Source of the DNA: an uncultured Mesorhizobium sp.
GTDB taxonomy: Bacteria; Pseudomonadota; Alphaproteobacteria; Rhizobiales; Rhizobiaceae
DNA length: 64,000 bases
Direction: 5' to 3'
NCBI GenBank assembly: GCA_964601795.1
Contig: CAZROU010000024.1
Location: 772 to 64,771 of the forward strand
The notes beneath the pieces are model-generated. The model had not been told where the DNA came from, did no database searches, and saw only the letters and a program-made list of their open reading frames with translations. Both the position numbers and the translations under genes were made by a program. This document shows, one piece after another, positions 54,437 through 64,000 of this stretch. Position 1 is the stretch's first letter; every line of letters starts with the position of its first letter.

Positions 54437-54988
54437 TCAGCCAAACCGAAGCGGCCACTTCGGCACCGCACCCGAGGCGATCAGACTGAGCGGCATCAGC
54501 GGGTCAAGATGAATCGTGCCGACCGTCTCGCCATCCTCGAACACGAGTGTGGCGTTGTAGCGCCGGGCCAAGGCTCGCATCGCCGCGTTCTGAGGATGGG
54601 TGGTAACGCGCAACTGAGTATAGCCTAGCCCCCTCGCCTGCATGATCAAACGCTCGAACAAGCTTGCTCCGATGCCTCGGCCCTGCAAATGCCGCTCGAC
54701 GCTGAAGGCGATCTCCGCGGTCGGCTCAGCCTCTTCGGCACGCTCATGCAGTTCCGCCGCACCCAGGACCTCGTTATCCTCGACGTAACCGATCACGGTC
54801 GTGCCTGAGGCGAAGGAGCGATTTGCGTAGTGCTCGATAAACGTATTGTCGGTCATGCCGTTGAAGCGGTCGCGCCGGCTCTCCGGATCAAGCCTCAGAA
54901 GGTGATCCCGAAATCGTGGAAGATCGGAAGGTCTTAGCTGCCGGATCGTCCCCATCAAGGGAACGGCTCTTTGAAGATCCTGCTTCAT
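54437..54988 (-). CDS. GNAT family N-acetyltransferase
   Basis: HLLRLDPESRRDRF, AEIAFSV...QGRGIG, NAAMRALA. Confidence 0.85.
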   Translation of the reverse strand: MKQDLQRAVPLMGTIRQLRPSDLPRFRDHLLRLDPESRRDRFNGMTDNTFIEHYANRSFASGTTVIGYVEDNEVLGAAELHERAEEAEPTAEIAFSVERHLQGRGIGASLFERLIMQARGLGYTQLRVTTHPQNAAMRALARRYNATLVFEDGETVGTIHLDPLMPLSLIASGAVPKWPLRFG

Positions 54989-55171
54989 GTCGCACTCCTC
55001 GTGGGTTCCTCCCCGAGTCGCTTTTCGACAGGGCAAATATTGTGCATCGCAACATAAATTGCAAGTCAGATAGGCTCTATAAGGCTTGGCAGAAGTGGAT
55101 AGCTACTATGACGTAACGGAATGCGCAAAGCTGGGATTCCGAGCTTGATGCTCAAAATTTCCGGAATAAGG

Positions 55172-55186
55172 TGACAAATTAATTCA
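55172..55186. promoter_or_regulatory. IRO box (RirA operator, TGA-N9-TCA) upstream of rirA
   Basis: TGA-CAAATTAAT-TCA. Confidence 0.65.
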
Positions 55187-55205
55187 TCTATCCTGTTTCG
55201 GCTTG

Positions 55206-55222
55206 TCTAGAACTATTCCAAG
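55206..55222. promoter_or_regulatory. ICE box (Irr operator) upstream of rirA
   Basis: TCTAGAACTATTCCAAG versus consensus TTTRGAAYNRTTCYAAA. Confidence 0.7.
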
Positions 55223-55264
55223 GTATACCCCATATTCCGGCAAGCAGTTTTGCGAGGAATGACC

Positions 55265-55726
55265 ATGCGGCTCACGCGCCAGACCAACTACGCTATGCGC
55301 ATCCTGATGTATTGCGGAACCAACAAGGACAAGTTGAGCCGCATCCCGGAAATCGCCGCAGCCTATTCGGTGTCGGAACTGTTCCTGTTCAAGATTCTCC
55401 AACCCCTAGTTGAGAATGGATTAGTGGAGACAGTGCGAGGCCGCAATGGCGGCGTGCGCCTTGGCCGCCCCGCCGAAAAGATCACATTGTTCGATGTGGT
55501 TCGCGTCACCGAAGACAGCTTTTCGATGGCAGAATGTTTTGACAACGACGCCGCTGAATGCCCGCTAATCGATAGCTGCGGCCTCAATTCTGCGTTGCGC
55601 GAGGCCCTTGGTGCCTTCTTCGCGGTGCTTGAGCGTCAAACCATCGCGGACCTTATCGCGGCACGCCCGAATATGCGTATGGCGCTGGGCATCGACCACC
55701 TCGACCATCGCGCACCGGCCGCGTAA
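55265..55726 (+). CDS. rirA: Iron-responsive Rrf2 regulator RirA
   Basis: MRLTRQTNYAMRILMYC, SELFLFKIL, three Cys (ECF...CPLIDSC). Confidence 0.95.
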   Translation: MRLTRQTNYAMRILMYCGTNKDKLSRIPEIAAAYSVSELFLFKILQPLVENGLVETVRGRNGGVRLGRPAEKITLFDVVRVTEDSFSMAECFDNDAAECPLIDSCGLNSALREALGAFFAVLERQTIADLIAARPNMRMALGIDHLDHRAPAA

Positions 55727-55793
55727 TCCTGCCGGTCGCTTCTCGTTCGGGCACCTCGCACGACAGGCGAAAGAAAGCCGTCTGATCTGATAT

Positions 55794-56597
55794 TTAGAGC
55801 GCGGACTGTGGCAATACGAAGGGGACATTGCCGGCTGGCAACGCTCCTACCCGCAACCGGCAGCCAAATACCTGCTCGATCAACGTATCCTTGAGAACGT
55901 CACGCGGCGTTCCAGCAGCAGCCAGATTGCCCCGATGCATGACGTAGATGCGATCAGCAAACATGGCCGTCAGGTTGAGGTCATGAAGAATGGCCACGAC
56001 ACCGCCTCCCCGCTGGGCGAAGTCGCGGGCGATGTTCATGATAATCAACTGGTGCTTGATATCGAGGCTGGACACGGGTTCATCCAGAAAAAGATATCGC
56101 GGCTGGCCGTCTACAACCGGCGTCCAAACCTGACACAGTACGCGCGCAAGCTGCACGCGCTGCTGCTCGCCACCGGATAATTCCTGATAAAAGCGGCCGG
56201 CAAAGCCCTCGAGATCGACCTTTGCCAGAGCCCGTTCCGGCAGGCGCTCCGCCTCTCCGGCCGAAACACCCGACCGCCCTCCAACAAGACCGAGCTTGAC
56301 GATCTCGCGAACGGTGAATGGAAAAGACAGGCTCGTTGCCTGAGGTAGGACCGCGCGCAAGCTGGCCGCTTCCGCCGGCGCCAAATCAGACAGGTCACTG
56401 CCGTTGATGGCGATACGCCCGCTATAGGCAAGTTCACCCGACAACGCCTTGAGGAAGGTGGTCTTGCCCGACCCGTTAGGGCCGACCATCGTGGCGATCT
56501 CGCCTGGCCGGGCTTCGAAATCTATATCCGAGACGATGCACTTCCTGCCGATCGATACCGATACGCCACGAGCTTCAATCATTTCCTGCTCGCTCAC
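55794..56597 (-). CDS. hmuV: Heme ABC transporter ATPase
   Basis: GPNGSGKT, LSGGEQQRVQLARVL, LDEP. Confidence 0.93.
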   Translation of the reverse strand: MSEQEMIEARGVSVSIGRKCIVSDIDFEARPGEIATMVGPNGSGKTTFLKALSGELAYSGRIAINGSDLSDLAPAEAASLRAVLPQATSLSFPFTVREIVKLGLVGGRSGVSAGEAERLPERALAKVDLEGFAGRFYQELSGGEQQRVQLARVLCQVWTPVVDGQPRYLFLDEPVSSLDIKHQLIIMNIARDFAQRGGGVVAILHDLNLTAMFADRIYVMHRGNLAAAGTPRDVLKDTLIEQVFGCRLRVGALPAGNVPFVLPQSAL

Positions 56598-57697
56598 AAA
56601 TCAATGATGCCGCGCTTGCGCAGCAGTATCCAGAGGAAGAACGGCGCTCCGGCCAGCGCCGTAACAATGCCGATCGGCAGCTCGGCAGGCGCAACAATGG
56701 TGCGTGCCACGGAATCGGCCAGTAGCAGCAACGAAGCTCCCAGCAATGCGGATGCAGGCAAAAGATAGCGATTGTCCGGCCCGATCAGTAGGCGCAGAAG
56801 ATGGGGCACGACGATACCCACAAAGCCTATGCCACCGCTCACGGCGACCGCAGCGCCAACCGCAGCCGAGACGCTCAGGATAGCGATGTATTTCAGCCGC
56901 TGCACGGATATGCCGAGATGGCTGGCCGTTGCCTCGCCAAGGGCCAATGCATTCAGCCCCCGCGCCAGAAATGGCATCGAAACCATCGCCGCCACTATCA
57001 CCGGTCCGACAGCACCGATCTTTTGCCAGGTCGCGCCCGCCAGCGAACCCAGTTGCCAGAACGTCAGGTCACGCAACTGGCGATCATCCGCCATGAATAT
57101 CAGAACGCCGGTCAACGCCATCGCAAGCGCCGCAAGCGCAATACCGGCAAGAAGCATGGTTGCCACCGAGGTCCGGCCCTGCCGCGTCGCAACCTGATAA
57201 AGCACGAGCGTAGTTACAAGCCCGCCGACGAATGCCGCAAGCGGCAAAGTGAATGTGCCGAATATCGCCGTAAGCGGTGCAAGCATTGTGCCGCCCAGCA
57301 CGATGACCGAGACAGCACCGAGGCTGGCTCCCGCCGATACGCCTATCAGGCCAGGATCTGCCAAGGGATTACGAAACAACCCCTGCATGACCGCTCCGGA
57401 CACGGCCAAGGCCGCTCCTACGAGCGCGCCAAGGACAACACGTGGCAAGCGGATATCGTAGACGATGATGTTGTCGCGAATGCTCATCAGATCGGTACCG
57501 GCCGTAGCGCCAAACAACCAGTTGCGAACAACGCTGACGGCCGATGCATCCGATGCGCCAGAGGCGAGGCTGAACAGCATCGTGAAAACAAGCGCCAAGC
57601 CGAGCAGAAAAATGACAAGCCGTGCCCGTGACGAGCGATCCCCAACGGAGACGTATCTCAACGCGCCCGGCACACCGGCAACAGTCTGATCGGCCAT
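56594..57697 (-). CDS. hmuU: Heme ABC transporter permease (FecCD)
   Basis: IRLPRV, QGLFRNPLADP, IGFVGIVVPH, ELPIG. Confidence 0.93.
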   Translation of the reverse strand: MADQTVAGVPGALRYVSVGDRSSRARLVIFLLGLALVFTMLFSLASGASDASAVSVVRNWLFGATAGTDLMSIRDNIIVYDIRLPRVVLGALVGAALAVSGAVMQGLFRNPLADPGLIGVSAGASLGAVSVIVLGGTMLAPLTAIFGTFTLPLAAFVGGLVTTLVLYQVATRQGRTSVATMLLAGIALAALAMALTGVLIFMADDRQLRDLTFWQLGSLAGATWQKIGAVGPVIVAAMVSMPFLARGLNALALGEATASHLGISVQRLKYIAILSVSAAVGAAVAVSGGIGFVGIVVPHLLRLLIGPDNRYLLPASALLGASLLLLADSVARTIVAPAELPIGIVTALAGAPFFLWILLRKRGIIDL

Positions 57698-57710
57698 GTC
57701 TGGTGCCCGT

Positions 57711-58604
57711 TCAATCAGTAATCTTGTCGCCGTAAAGCGATACGGCAAGGTCGTGGATGGCATCGGCAGTGCGAGGACCGAAGCCAAGCAGGTAGCCACC
57801 CTCCACCCGCAGGATTGCGTGCGCCTCACCTGCTGGAGTCGGCGCTATCGCGGGGTGCTTGAACAAGTCGTCATTTGCAACCGAGTGGTCGCCGCCGCGG
57901 TCCATCATCAAGATGACATCCGGGCGTGAAGTCACGACGGCTTCATCCGCCAGTTGCTTGTAGCCGGAGAAACCCTCGATCGCGTTCACGCCACCGGCCA
58001 TGCGGATGATGCCGTCCGCCGCTGTGTCGGAACCCGAGGCAAGTATCTTTCCACCTTGCATCGACAGGATGAACAGGATGCGCTTGCGCTCCTTGATCGA
58101 AGCGGTCTGCGCTTCGGCCTTCTTTAGCTTGCCGTCAACTTCGGAGGCGAGCGTCGCAGCCTTCTCGGGAACTCCGAGAGCAGCACCAACGATACGAATT
58201 TTTTCGAGAATGCCTTCGTGGTCGAATGTCTCCGGCACCTCGATGAAGGGCACGCTGGCCTTCTTCAGAACATCGATGGCTTCCTTCGGGCCACTTCCTT
58301 CCAGAGCGAGAATGCCGCTTGGATTGACCGACAGGACGCCTTCCGGCGATAGCTGGCGCATATATCCGACGTCGGGGAGCTTCAACGCGGCTTCCGGGAA
58401 CATGCTGGTCGAATCGCGCGCGACAAGACGGGCTTCCTCGCCCAATGCATAGACGATCTCGGTGATCGACCCTCCAATGGAAGCGATCTTCGAAGGGTCC
58501 TTGAACGCGCCTACGGCTTCATCGGCAACAGAAGGCATGCTGACTGCCAGCAAGACCGCAAGCCCTAACGTCGCCCTTGCGGCAAACCGCGAAAACACTG
58601 ACAT
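57711..58604 (-). CDS. hmuT: Heme ABC transporter substrate-binding protein
   Basis: SIGGSITEIVYALG, DVGYMRQLSPEG, LGFGPR. Confidence 0.93.
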   Translation of the reverse strand: MSVFSRFAARATLGLAVLLAVSMPSVADEAVGAFKDPSKIASIGGSITEIVYALGEEARLVARDSTSMFPEAALKLPDVGYMRQLSPEGVLSVNPSGILALEGSGPKEAIDVLKKASVPFIEVPETFDHEGILEKIRIVGAALGVPEKAATLASEVDGKLKKAEAQTASIKERKRILFILSMQGGKILASGSDTAADGIIRMAGGVNAIEGFSGYKQLADEAVVTSRPDVILMMDRGGDHSVANDDLFKHPAIAPTPAGEAHAILRVEGGYLLGFGPRTADAIHDLAVSLYGDKITD

Positions 58605-58614
58605 CTTTATACCC

Positions 58615-59673
58615 TCAAACCGGCGTGGAGCCGGGAACCTTCGGCAGGTTTTCCGCCAGGAAGCGCCAGTCCGCACGCTCGGTTTCGCCTTCGTGACGCT
58701 CGCCGAAGAACTGAATGATTATTCTGCCTTGGGCGTCATACGCCTCTACCGAGGTGACGAAGCCATCCTTGGTCGGCTTGCGCACGCCCCAAACCTCGCA
58801 GATATGATCCAAGCGCAGATGCAGGTGAAATGTCTCGTCGAGGACGTTCAGCCACGGCCCCATGGGCTTGATCGTCTTGATCGGGCCCGAGTGGATCTGG
58901 ATACAGCCCCGATTGCCGACAAAGCACATGATTGGCGTCGCTTCGGAAGCGGCGTGATGCATCAGGGCCGCCACGGCCTCATTATCAACCTTCCAAGCAT
59001 AATCTTCCCCCACCATGCGCACGGCTTGGCGACGATTTAGCTTCAGGGTTTTCAACATGCCGAAGAACTGATGGACGTCGGTCAGCTTGCTCCAACGATC
59101 GCGCAAGTCTTCGACGCCGGCAGCATCGGAAGATTCCTCGATATCCGTAGCCGCCTGCGGAAACACATCGATGGACGGAACCTGGTCCGCCGATTGAAGG
59201 TCTGCAACCAACTTCTGGAATGCATAGAGGTTCGAGGCCGGGCGCAGGTGAACCTTGTGGATCGCGTCTCCCGCGCCGTCGAAGAACTGCAAGCTATGGC
59301 GAACCTCGCCCTCGCTGCGCTTCTCCACGGCAAAACCGTGTACCCAGTTCTTCGGGAAAATACGAAGGTCGATATCACGATTGAGCACGATGGCGTTGTG
59401 TTCGCCCACCGATACCTTGTCGTAGACACCAATCTTTTCATGGACCGCGCTTTCATTGCGCGTCAGCGCCATGACCTCGCCGACTGCGGTCAAGCCCTTG
59501 AGAACGGCGCTGACTCGCGGATCGATCCGCACCACACCCTCACCGCAATGAGCAGCGACCAACTCTGCTTCAGAAATACCGAGCTGACTGGAGAGATCGC
59601 GCTCACGCATTTTGGGGTTGTCGGATCGAGCCCTACGAATTTCGTTCGGGCTGGGTTTTACGCGCTGGTCCAT
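58615..59673 (-). CDS. hmuS: Hemin-degrading/trafficking protein HmuS
   Basis: RERDL...GISEAELV, TRNESAVHEK, FVGNRGCIQIHSG. Confidence 0.93.
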   Translation of the reverse strand: MDQRVKPSPNEIRRARSDNPKMRERDLSSQLGISEAELVAAHCGEGVVRIDPRVSAVLKGLTAVGEVMALTRNESAVHEKIGVYDKVSVGEHNAIVLNRDIDLRIFPKNWVHGFAVEKRSEGEVRHSLQFFDGAGDAIHKVHLRPASNLYAFQKLVADLQSADQVPSIDVFPQAATDIEESSDAAGVEDLRDRWSKLTDVHQFFGMLKTLKLNRRQAVRMVGEDYAWKVDNEAVAALMHHAASEATPIMCFVGNRGCIQIHSGPIKTIKPMGPWLNVLDETFHLHLRLDHICEVWGVRKPTKDGFVTSVEAYDAQGRIIIQFFGERHEGETERADWRFLAENLPKVPGSTPV

Positions 59674-59738
59674 TGTTCACCTGTGTTCTCGACGCTGCGT
59701 GTCGACTGATTTTGCGGCGCCTATGCCGACGACGACTA

Positions 59739-59948
59739 CTACTTGTTGAGGATGAGTTTCCCCTGCCGGGTAATCTTCAGCCGGTAGAGCGCACCGTGAT
59801 GCTCGATGCCAATTTCGTGCTCACCCTGGAACAGGCTGTTGCTTGAAAGCGTCCTGACGGAGAACGGAGCGCGTTCAACCCGGACCGGTGTCGCCTGGTC
59901 CGGGCGGCGGAAGCGGTAGCGAAAGTCGTTGGGAGTATGAGCATTCAT
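59739..59948 (-). CDS. hmuP: Hemin uptake protein HemP/HmuP
   Basis: IEHHGALYRLKITRQGKLILNK. Confidence 0.93.
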   Translation of the reverse strand: MNAHTPNDFRYRFRRPDQATPVRVERAPFSVRTLSSNSLFQGEHEIGIEHHGALYRLKITRQGKLILNK

Positions 59949-60008
59949 CGGTCTCGGTCCCTTTCGTTAGGTGGCCACGGGTAATTCAGAAATGACGAAT
60001 TCATTTCT

Positions 60009-60061
60009 TGACTCGAATAATCATGTTTACTAGTCAGTGCAATACCGGACCAAATGAGTCA
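60009..60061. promoter_or_regulatory. IRO-like boxes in the divergent hmuP/receptor promoter
   Basis: TGA-CTCGAATAA-TCA at 60009-60023 and GGA-CCAAATGAG-TCA at 60047-60061. Confidence 0.65.
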
Positions 60062-60147
60062 ACATTTAACGTGCGGTAAGTGATCAAAAATGCCAGCAAG
60101 CGTACGCGAGCCAGCAACGGATGGTTTCAAACACCAGGAGTTGGGAC

Positions 60148-62289
60148 ATGGGGCTGGTGGCTCGGAATACGGCTGCTCTGATGTGCGGAGCGGCGATAGC
60201 GGTTCTTGTGGGAGCGCAGGTCTCCCATGCACAGCAAATAAACGAGGCTGAGAAAAAGGGGCGGGTTACCCTGCTTCAGCGTTTGATCCTGGGGGCGGGT
60301 GTCGAAAAGGTAGCGATTGACACCCCTCAATCAGTGACGGTCGTTGAGCAGGAAGATATCGACCGGGAACAGGCCACCACTGTCGGCGACGTGCTGAAGC
60401 GCATTCCCGGAGTGAATACGTCGGGTTCGGACCGCGTATTCGGTCAGACGTTCAATATTCGAGGCATTGGCGCTCCCGAATCTGCAAATGAGGAAGGTCG
60501 CATTATCGTAACCGTGGACGGTGCCAATAAATATTACGAGCAGTACCGTATGGGCGGATTTTTCTCCGATCCAGAACTCTACAAGAAGGTGGAAGTACTG
60601 CGTGGACCCGCGTCATCCACACTTTATGGCTCGGGCGCCATTGGCGGAGTCATCAACTTTTCTACGAAAGACGCGTCTGACTTTATCGGCGAAGGTCAGA
60701 ACGGCGCTTTGAAATTGAAAAGCGCCTACAATAGCAACAAGGACGGCTGGCTGGGTTCTGCAGTGTTGGCGCAGCGCCTGAGCGAAAATGCGGAATTTCT
60801 GTTCGCCGGCAACTATCGTCGCGCCGACTCTTACGAAACTGGCAACGGAACATTGGTACCGAGTTCTGATTTTGCCGCATGGTCAGGACTGGCCAAGGGC
60901 ACTTTCAACGTCGGCGACGAGGGCAAGCTGCGCGTCTCATACCAGCAATGGGACTCCGATGCCGATAACCAGAACTATGCCCAAGTTGGTACGGACGCCA
61001 CTTTCGGTACGGTTGATCGTCACGTCATAGATAAGACAGCCGTCGTATCCTACAAGAACCCGTTCAGCGATAGCGACATGCTCGACCTGAAAGTTTCGGC
61101 ATCATTTTCTGACACGACCGTTGACCAGACCAATGCCAGCGGAAACCCGATGTTCGGGATTACCTGCGCGACCAGCCTGCTCATCTGCGACACGGAGTAT
61201 GGCTACCAGACCTGGCAATTCAACGTACAGAACACCAGCGAGTGGAGCGGCGACAACTGGCAGAATTTCCTGACCTATGGCTGGCAAAACGGCTATCAGG
61301 TGCGTAGTGCCGAATCCATCACCGTGGCCGGGACTCCGTCTGGCATCAACTTCCACCCGGAAGGTTCAGATTTGAAGACGGGTGTATTTATCCAGAACGA
61401 ATTCATCTGGGACGAGCGGCTAACAATCATTCCCGGTGTTCGAGTCGATTGGCATCGCTTGTCACCCAGCGATTCAACTTTCCTGACGGAAGACGACACC
61501 GATACCGCTTTGTCGCCAAAGATTGCCGCGCACTACAAATTCAACGACAACTTAGCGGTATTCGGTTCAATTGCGCATACTGAGCGCTTCCCCACGCTGG
61601 ATGAGGTTTATTCAACGGGGGGCAGCAGCAATACGTTTAATCCGAGCCTTGATCTGTCAAAGGAACGTTCGAATAACTACGAACTGGGCTTTGCCGTTTC
61701 TGCCTTCGATTTGCTGCAGCAAGATGATAGTCTGCAAATAAAGACCACCGGTTTCTACAACGACATCAAGGACCTCATCAGCCTGAACCCTGCACTGCTC
61801 GCCGGGCCCAACGCGCTACCTGGTTACGTCAATATTAATCAGGCAGAGATCTATGGCTTTGAAGTCGAAGCCGCCTACGATTCGGACTATGTCTTCGCCA
61901 ACGCCGGGTATTCCCACGTGATCGGCAAGAACAAGATTACAGGCGCTTATCTCACTACCGTTGCGCCTCACGAATTCTCGTTGACCCTGGGCGGAAAGGT
62001 TCCCGAGCACGACCTCAAATTCGGCTGGACGGCCCGATTTGTTGCCGGCCCGCAAGATCCGGCAAGGGATACGTCGGTGCCACCACCACGGTCCACTCGT
62101 TTCGCGGAATCGTTCAATGTCCATGACGTGTTCCTGTCCTGGACACCACTAGAAGGACAATTCGCCGGTTGGAGTGCAGAGGCAGGCGTGGAGAACATCT
62201 TCAACACCCAATATAAGGAGTTCCTTCACAACGACGCTGCAAAGGGCCGGACATTCAAGGTGTCCCTGTCCAAGCAGTTCGGCTGGTAG
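60148..62289 (+). CDS. TonB-dependent heme/hemoglobin receptor
   Basis: Signal peptide, plug motifs (NIRG, VEVLRGPASSTLYGSGAIGG), C-terminal GRTFKVSLSKQFGW; divergent from hmu genes. Confidence 0.92.
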   Translation: MGLVARNTAALMCGAAIAVLVGAQVSHAQQINEAEKKGRVTLLQRLILGAGVEKVAIDTPQSVTVVEQEDIDREQATTVGDVLKRIPGVNTSGSDRVFGQTFNIRGIGAPESANEEGRIIVTVDGANKYYEQYRMGGFFSDPELYKKVEVLRGPASSTLYGSGAIGGVINFSTKDASDFIGEGQNGALKLKSAYNSNKDGWLGSAVLAQRLSENAEFLFAGNYRRADSYETGNGTLVPSSDFAAWSGLAKGTFNVGDEGKLRVSYQQWDSDADNQNYAQVGTDATFGTVDRHVIDKTAVVSYKNPFSDSDMLDLKVSASFSDTTVDQTNASGNPMFGITCATSLLICDTEYGYQTWQFNVQNTSEWSGDNWQNFLTYGWQNGYQVRSAESITVAGTPSGINFHPEGSDLKTGVFIQNEFIWDERLTIIPGVRVDWHRLSPSDSTFLTEDDTDTALSPKIAAHYKFNDNLAVFGSIAHTERFPTLDEVYSTGGSSNTFNPSLDLSKERSNNYELGFAVSAFDLLQQDDSLQIKTTGFYNDIKDLISLNPALLAGPNALPGYVNINQAEIYGFEVEAAYDSDYVFANAGYSHVIGKNKITGAYLTTVAPHEFSLTLGGKVPEHDLKFGWTARFVAGPQDPARDTSVPPPRSTRFAESFNVHDVFLSWTPLEGQFAGWSAEAGVENIFNTQYKEFLHNDAAKGRTFKVSLSKQFGW

Positions 62290-62303
62290 AGGGAGTCGGA
62301 GCC

Positions 62304-62738
62304 ATGAAACAAAGAAACCGTTTCCTGACGGCCACCGTGATCATGGCTTCGATAACGTGCGCAGCTCTTGCCCAGGAGGCTGCGCCCGGTCCTTCCCTGT
62401 CGCTTGAACTCAATGGTGCGCAGCCCTCCGACAAGGGCTGCCGCCTCACCTTCGTAGTCAACAATGGCCTCGGGTCGGATCTTTCAAAGGCGGCCTTCGA
62501 GATCGCGCTGTTCAACGAGACCGGTGTCGTCGACCGCCTGACCATTCTTGACTTCAAGGAGCTTCCGGCTGGAAAGACAAAGGTGGTCCGTTTCGATCTT
62601 GCGGGAACGGATTGCGCCAAGGTTTCACGGGCGCTGGTCAACAATTCCACAGAATGCGCAGGTGCCGGCATTGAACCGGCAACATGCATGCAGCGGTTGA
62701 AGACCAGCACGAAGACGGGCATAGCCTTCGGCATATGA
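62304..62738 (+). CDS. Exported Cys-containing hypothetical protein in the heme-uptake operon
   Basis: Signal peptide, LSLELN...CRLTFV...LDF, 4 Cys in the mature part. Confidence 0.75.
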   Translation: MKQRNRFLTATVIMASITCAALAQEAAPGPSLSLELNGAQPSDKGCRLTFVVNNGLGSDLSKAAFEIALFNETGVVDRLTILDFKELPAGKTKVVRFDLAGTDCAKVSRALVNNSTECAGAGIEPATCMQRLKTSTKTGIAFGI

Positions 62739-62750
62739 TCTTGGGGTGTT

Positions 62751-64000
62751 GTGGCGTTGGGTCTGGAACCGGCATTTTCGCGTAGCACGACGGCGGTCTG
62801 GCCACTGGCCGGGCTCTCCGTTTTGCAACCCGAGCCGGACGATCCCGATTTCGCCATTCCGCGTGGCTCGCTCCAGATCGGCATACGCGATAAATCCGAA
62901 CAGGCAACGCTTACCGGAACCAGCGCGGAGCTGGCGCCAGCGACATTGGAGCCGCTCGATCCAGTCCGCACAAAGCCGACTGCGCGCAGCCGCAAGTGGA
63001 AAGCTTCACTGATCGCATCGTGCTTGTTCCACGCGGCGGTCGCGTTTGCCTTCATCGCCACAGGTTCCGACGAAATTCTCATCGAGGGCGGCGAGGAAGC
63101 CGGCCTGATGCTGCTCGGCAATGCGCCCGAAGACCAAAGCGCTGCCGGCGATATCGCAGTCGAGGCGGATGTCACCAAGGTGACGATCATTCCCCTGCTC
63201 GATGCCAAGCCCGTCGAGACGGTGGAGGCCAGACCGGTGGAAACCGCCGAGGCCGCGGAACCGGTCGAAGAGGTCATGCCGGAGGTGGCTGTCCAGGAGA
63301 CCGTCCAGCCGGTGGCCGAAGATGCCCCGGACGCGGCAGCCGTTCCCGACAAGGTCGAACCGGTTCCCGAAGAGCCAATGCAAGTTGCAGTCGCAAGCCC
63401 GGCGCCCGAAGTGCTGACTGCAACGACGGTCACGCCCGAGAACACCGAAAATGTCGTCGCGCCGGTGGTTGAAGCCGCAGAGCCTGAGACCCTCGAGGTC
63501 GTGGAGGCAGTGCCGGAGCCAAAGCCCGAGCACGTGACTGCCGAAACCGAGCCGGAGCCCAAACCGGTCGAAAAGCCAAAGCCTGCCGAGGTCAAAAAGC
63601 CGGAGCCGGTGAAGAAGGCCGAGAAAAAGCCGCAAGAGAAAAAAGCTCCCGCAAAGCAGCCGGCGAAGGAAAAGGCCGCGGCCGGTTCCGGCGGCAAGAA
63701 CCAGGCCGACAGCAAGCGCGGTGTCGTGGACGGCGATGCGCAGGGCAAGACGGCCAGCGCCGCCAACAAGGGCGCCAATTCGAGCGCGGGCAATGCAGCC
63801 GTATCCAACTACCCGGGCAAGGTTGCCGCCAAGCTGCGCCGCGCCGTTCGCTCCATCTCGCGCGCGGCGCGCTCCAAGGCCCGCAGCGACGTCCACGTGA
63901 CGTTCGTCGTCAACGCCGGCGGCGGTGTCGGCGGCGTCAGCGTGGTGCGCAGCTCAGGCTCGCCGGAACTCGATCAGGCAGCCATTGCCATGGTGCGCCG
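62751..64000 (+). CDS. tonB: TonB family energy transducer (runs off window)
   Basis: Manual translation: TM with SCLFH (SxxxH), long E/P/K-rich spacer, C-terminal SNYPGKV...VVRSSGSPELDQAA; start GTG 62751 uncertain. Confidence 0.85.
   Translation, partial: MALGLEPAFSRSTTAVWPLAGLSVLQPEPDDPDFAIPRGSLQIGIRDKSEQATLTGTSAELAPATLEPLDPVRTKPTARSRKWKASLIASCLFHAAVAFAFIATGSDEILIEGGEEAGLMLLGNAPEDQSAAGDIAVEADVTKVTIIPLLDAKPVETVEARPVETAEAAEPVEEVMPEVAVQETVQPVAEDAPDAAAVPDKVEPVPEEPMQVAVASPAPEVLTATTVTPENTENVVAPVVEAAEPETLEVVEAVPEPKPEHVTAETEPEPKPVEKPKPAEVKKPEPVKKAEKKPQEKKAPAKQPAKEKAAAGSGGKNQADSKRGVVDGDAQGKTASAANKGANSSAGNAAVSNYPGKVAAKLRRAVRSISRAARSKARSDVHVTFVVNAGGGVGGVSVVRSSGSPELDQAAIAMVR

Noticed and set aside
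63200..63700. Repetitive GAGCCG/AAGCCG tracts as a repeat array or CRISPR
   Set aside because: They encode the Glu-Pro/Lys-Pro spacer of TonB; no repeat-spacer periodicity or cas genes in the window.
62255..63808. 517-aa minus-strand ORF
   Set aside because: Antisense shadow of the low-complexity TonB gene and the upstream gene on the plus strand.

Overview
Alphaproteobacterial chromosome segment. The gene set (rirA, ldtR, BA14K, hmuPSTUV) suggests a Mesorhizobium-like member of the Hyphomicrobiales; this placement is an inference. Most of the window is housekeeping: cobT, gatCA, ruvX, pyrB/pyrC, plsY, dprA, hppA, nusB-ribH-ribE-ribD-nrdR-glyA, ldtR with an L,D-transpeptidase, hemB, a fluoride riboswitch with crcB, ate, parC, rirA and a heme-uptake locus. 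A ~16 kb all-minus-strand accessory block lies between dprA (ends 12236) and the 3' end of tRNA-Lys(UUU) (28194) and holds two modules. (1) Best candidate for an undescribed system: an octaheme hydroxylamine oxidoreductase (haoA, 8 CxxCH, P460 cross-link Tyr motif retained) and haoB, followed by a PLP-dependent MocR/GabR regulator, a dedicated ccmF-G-H-I set, a 5-aminolevulinate synthase and ccmE. No amo/pmo or cycAB genes are in the window. A recurring ATGG-N(1-2)-CCAC motif sits in three of its intergenic gaps. (2) A Dlt/AlgI-like acylation operon: NeuD-type acetyltransferase, adenylation-ACP fusion, SGNH/DltD-like protein, MBOAT and a 51-aa DltX-like peptide. All calls come from reading motifs by eye; no database searches were run, and several start codons are best guesses.
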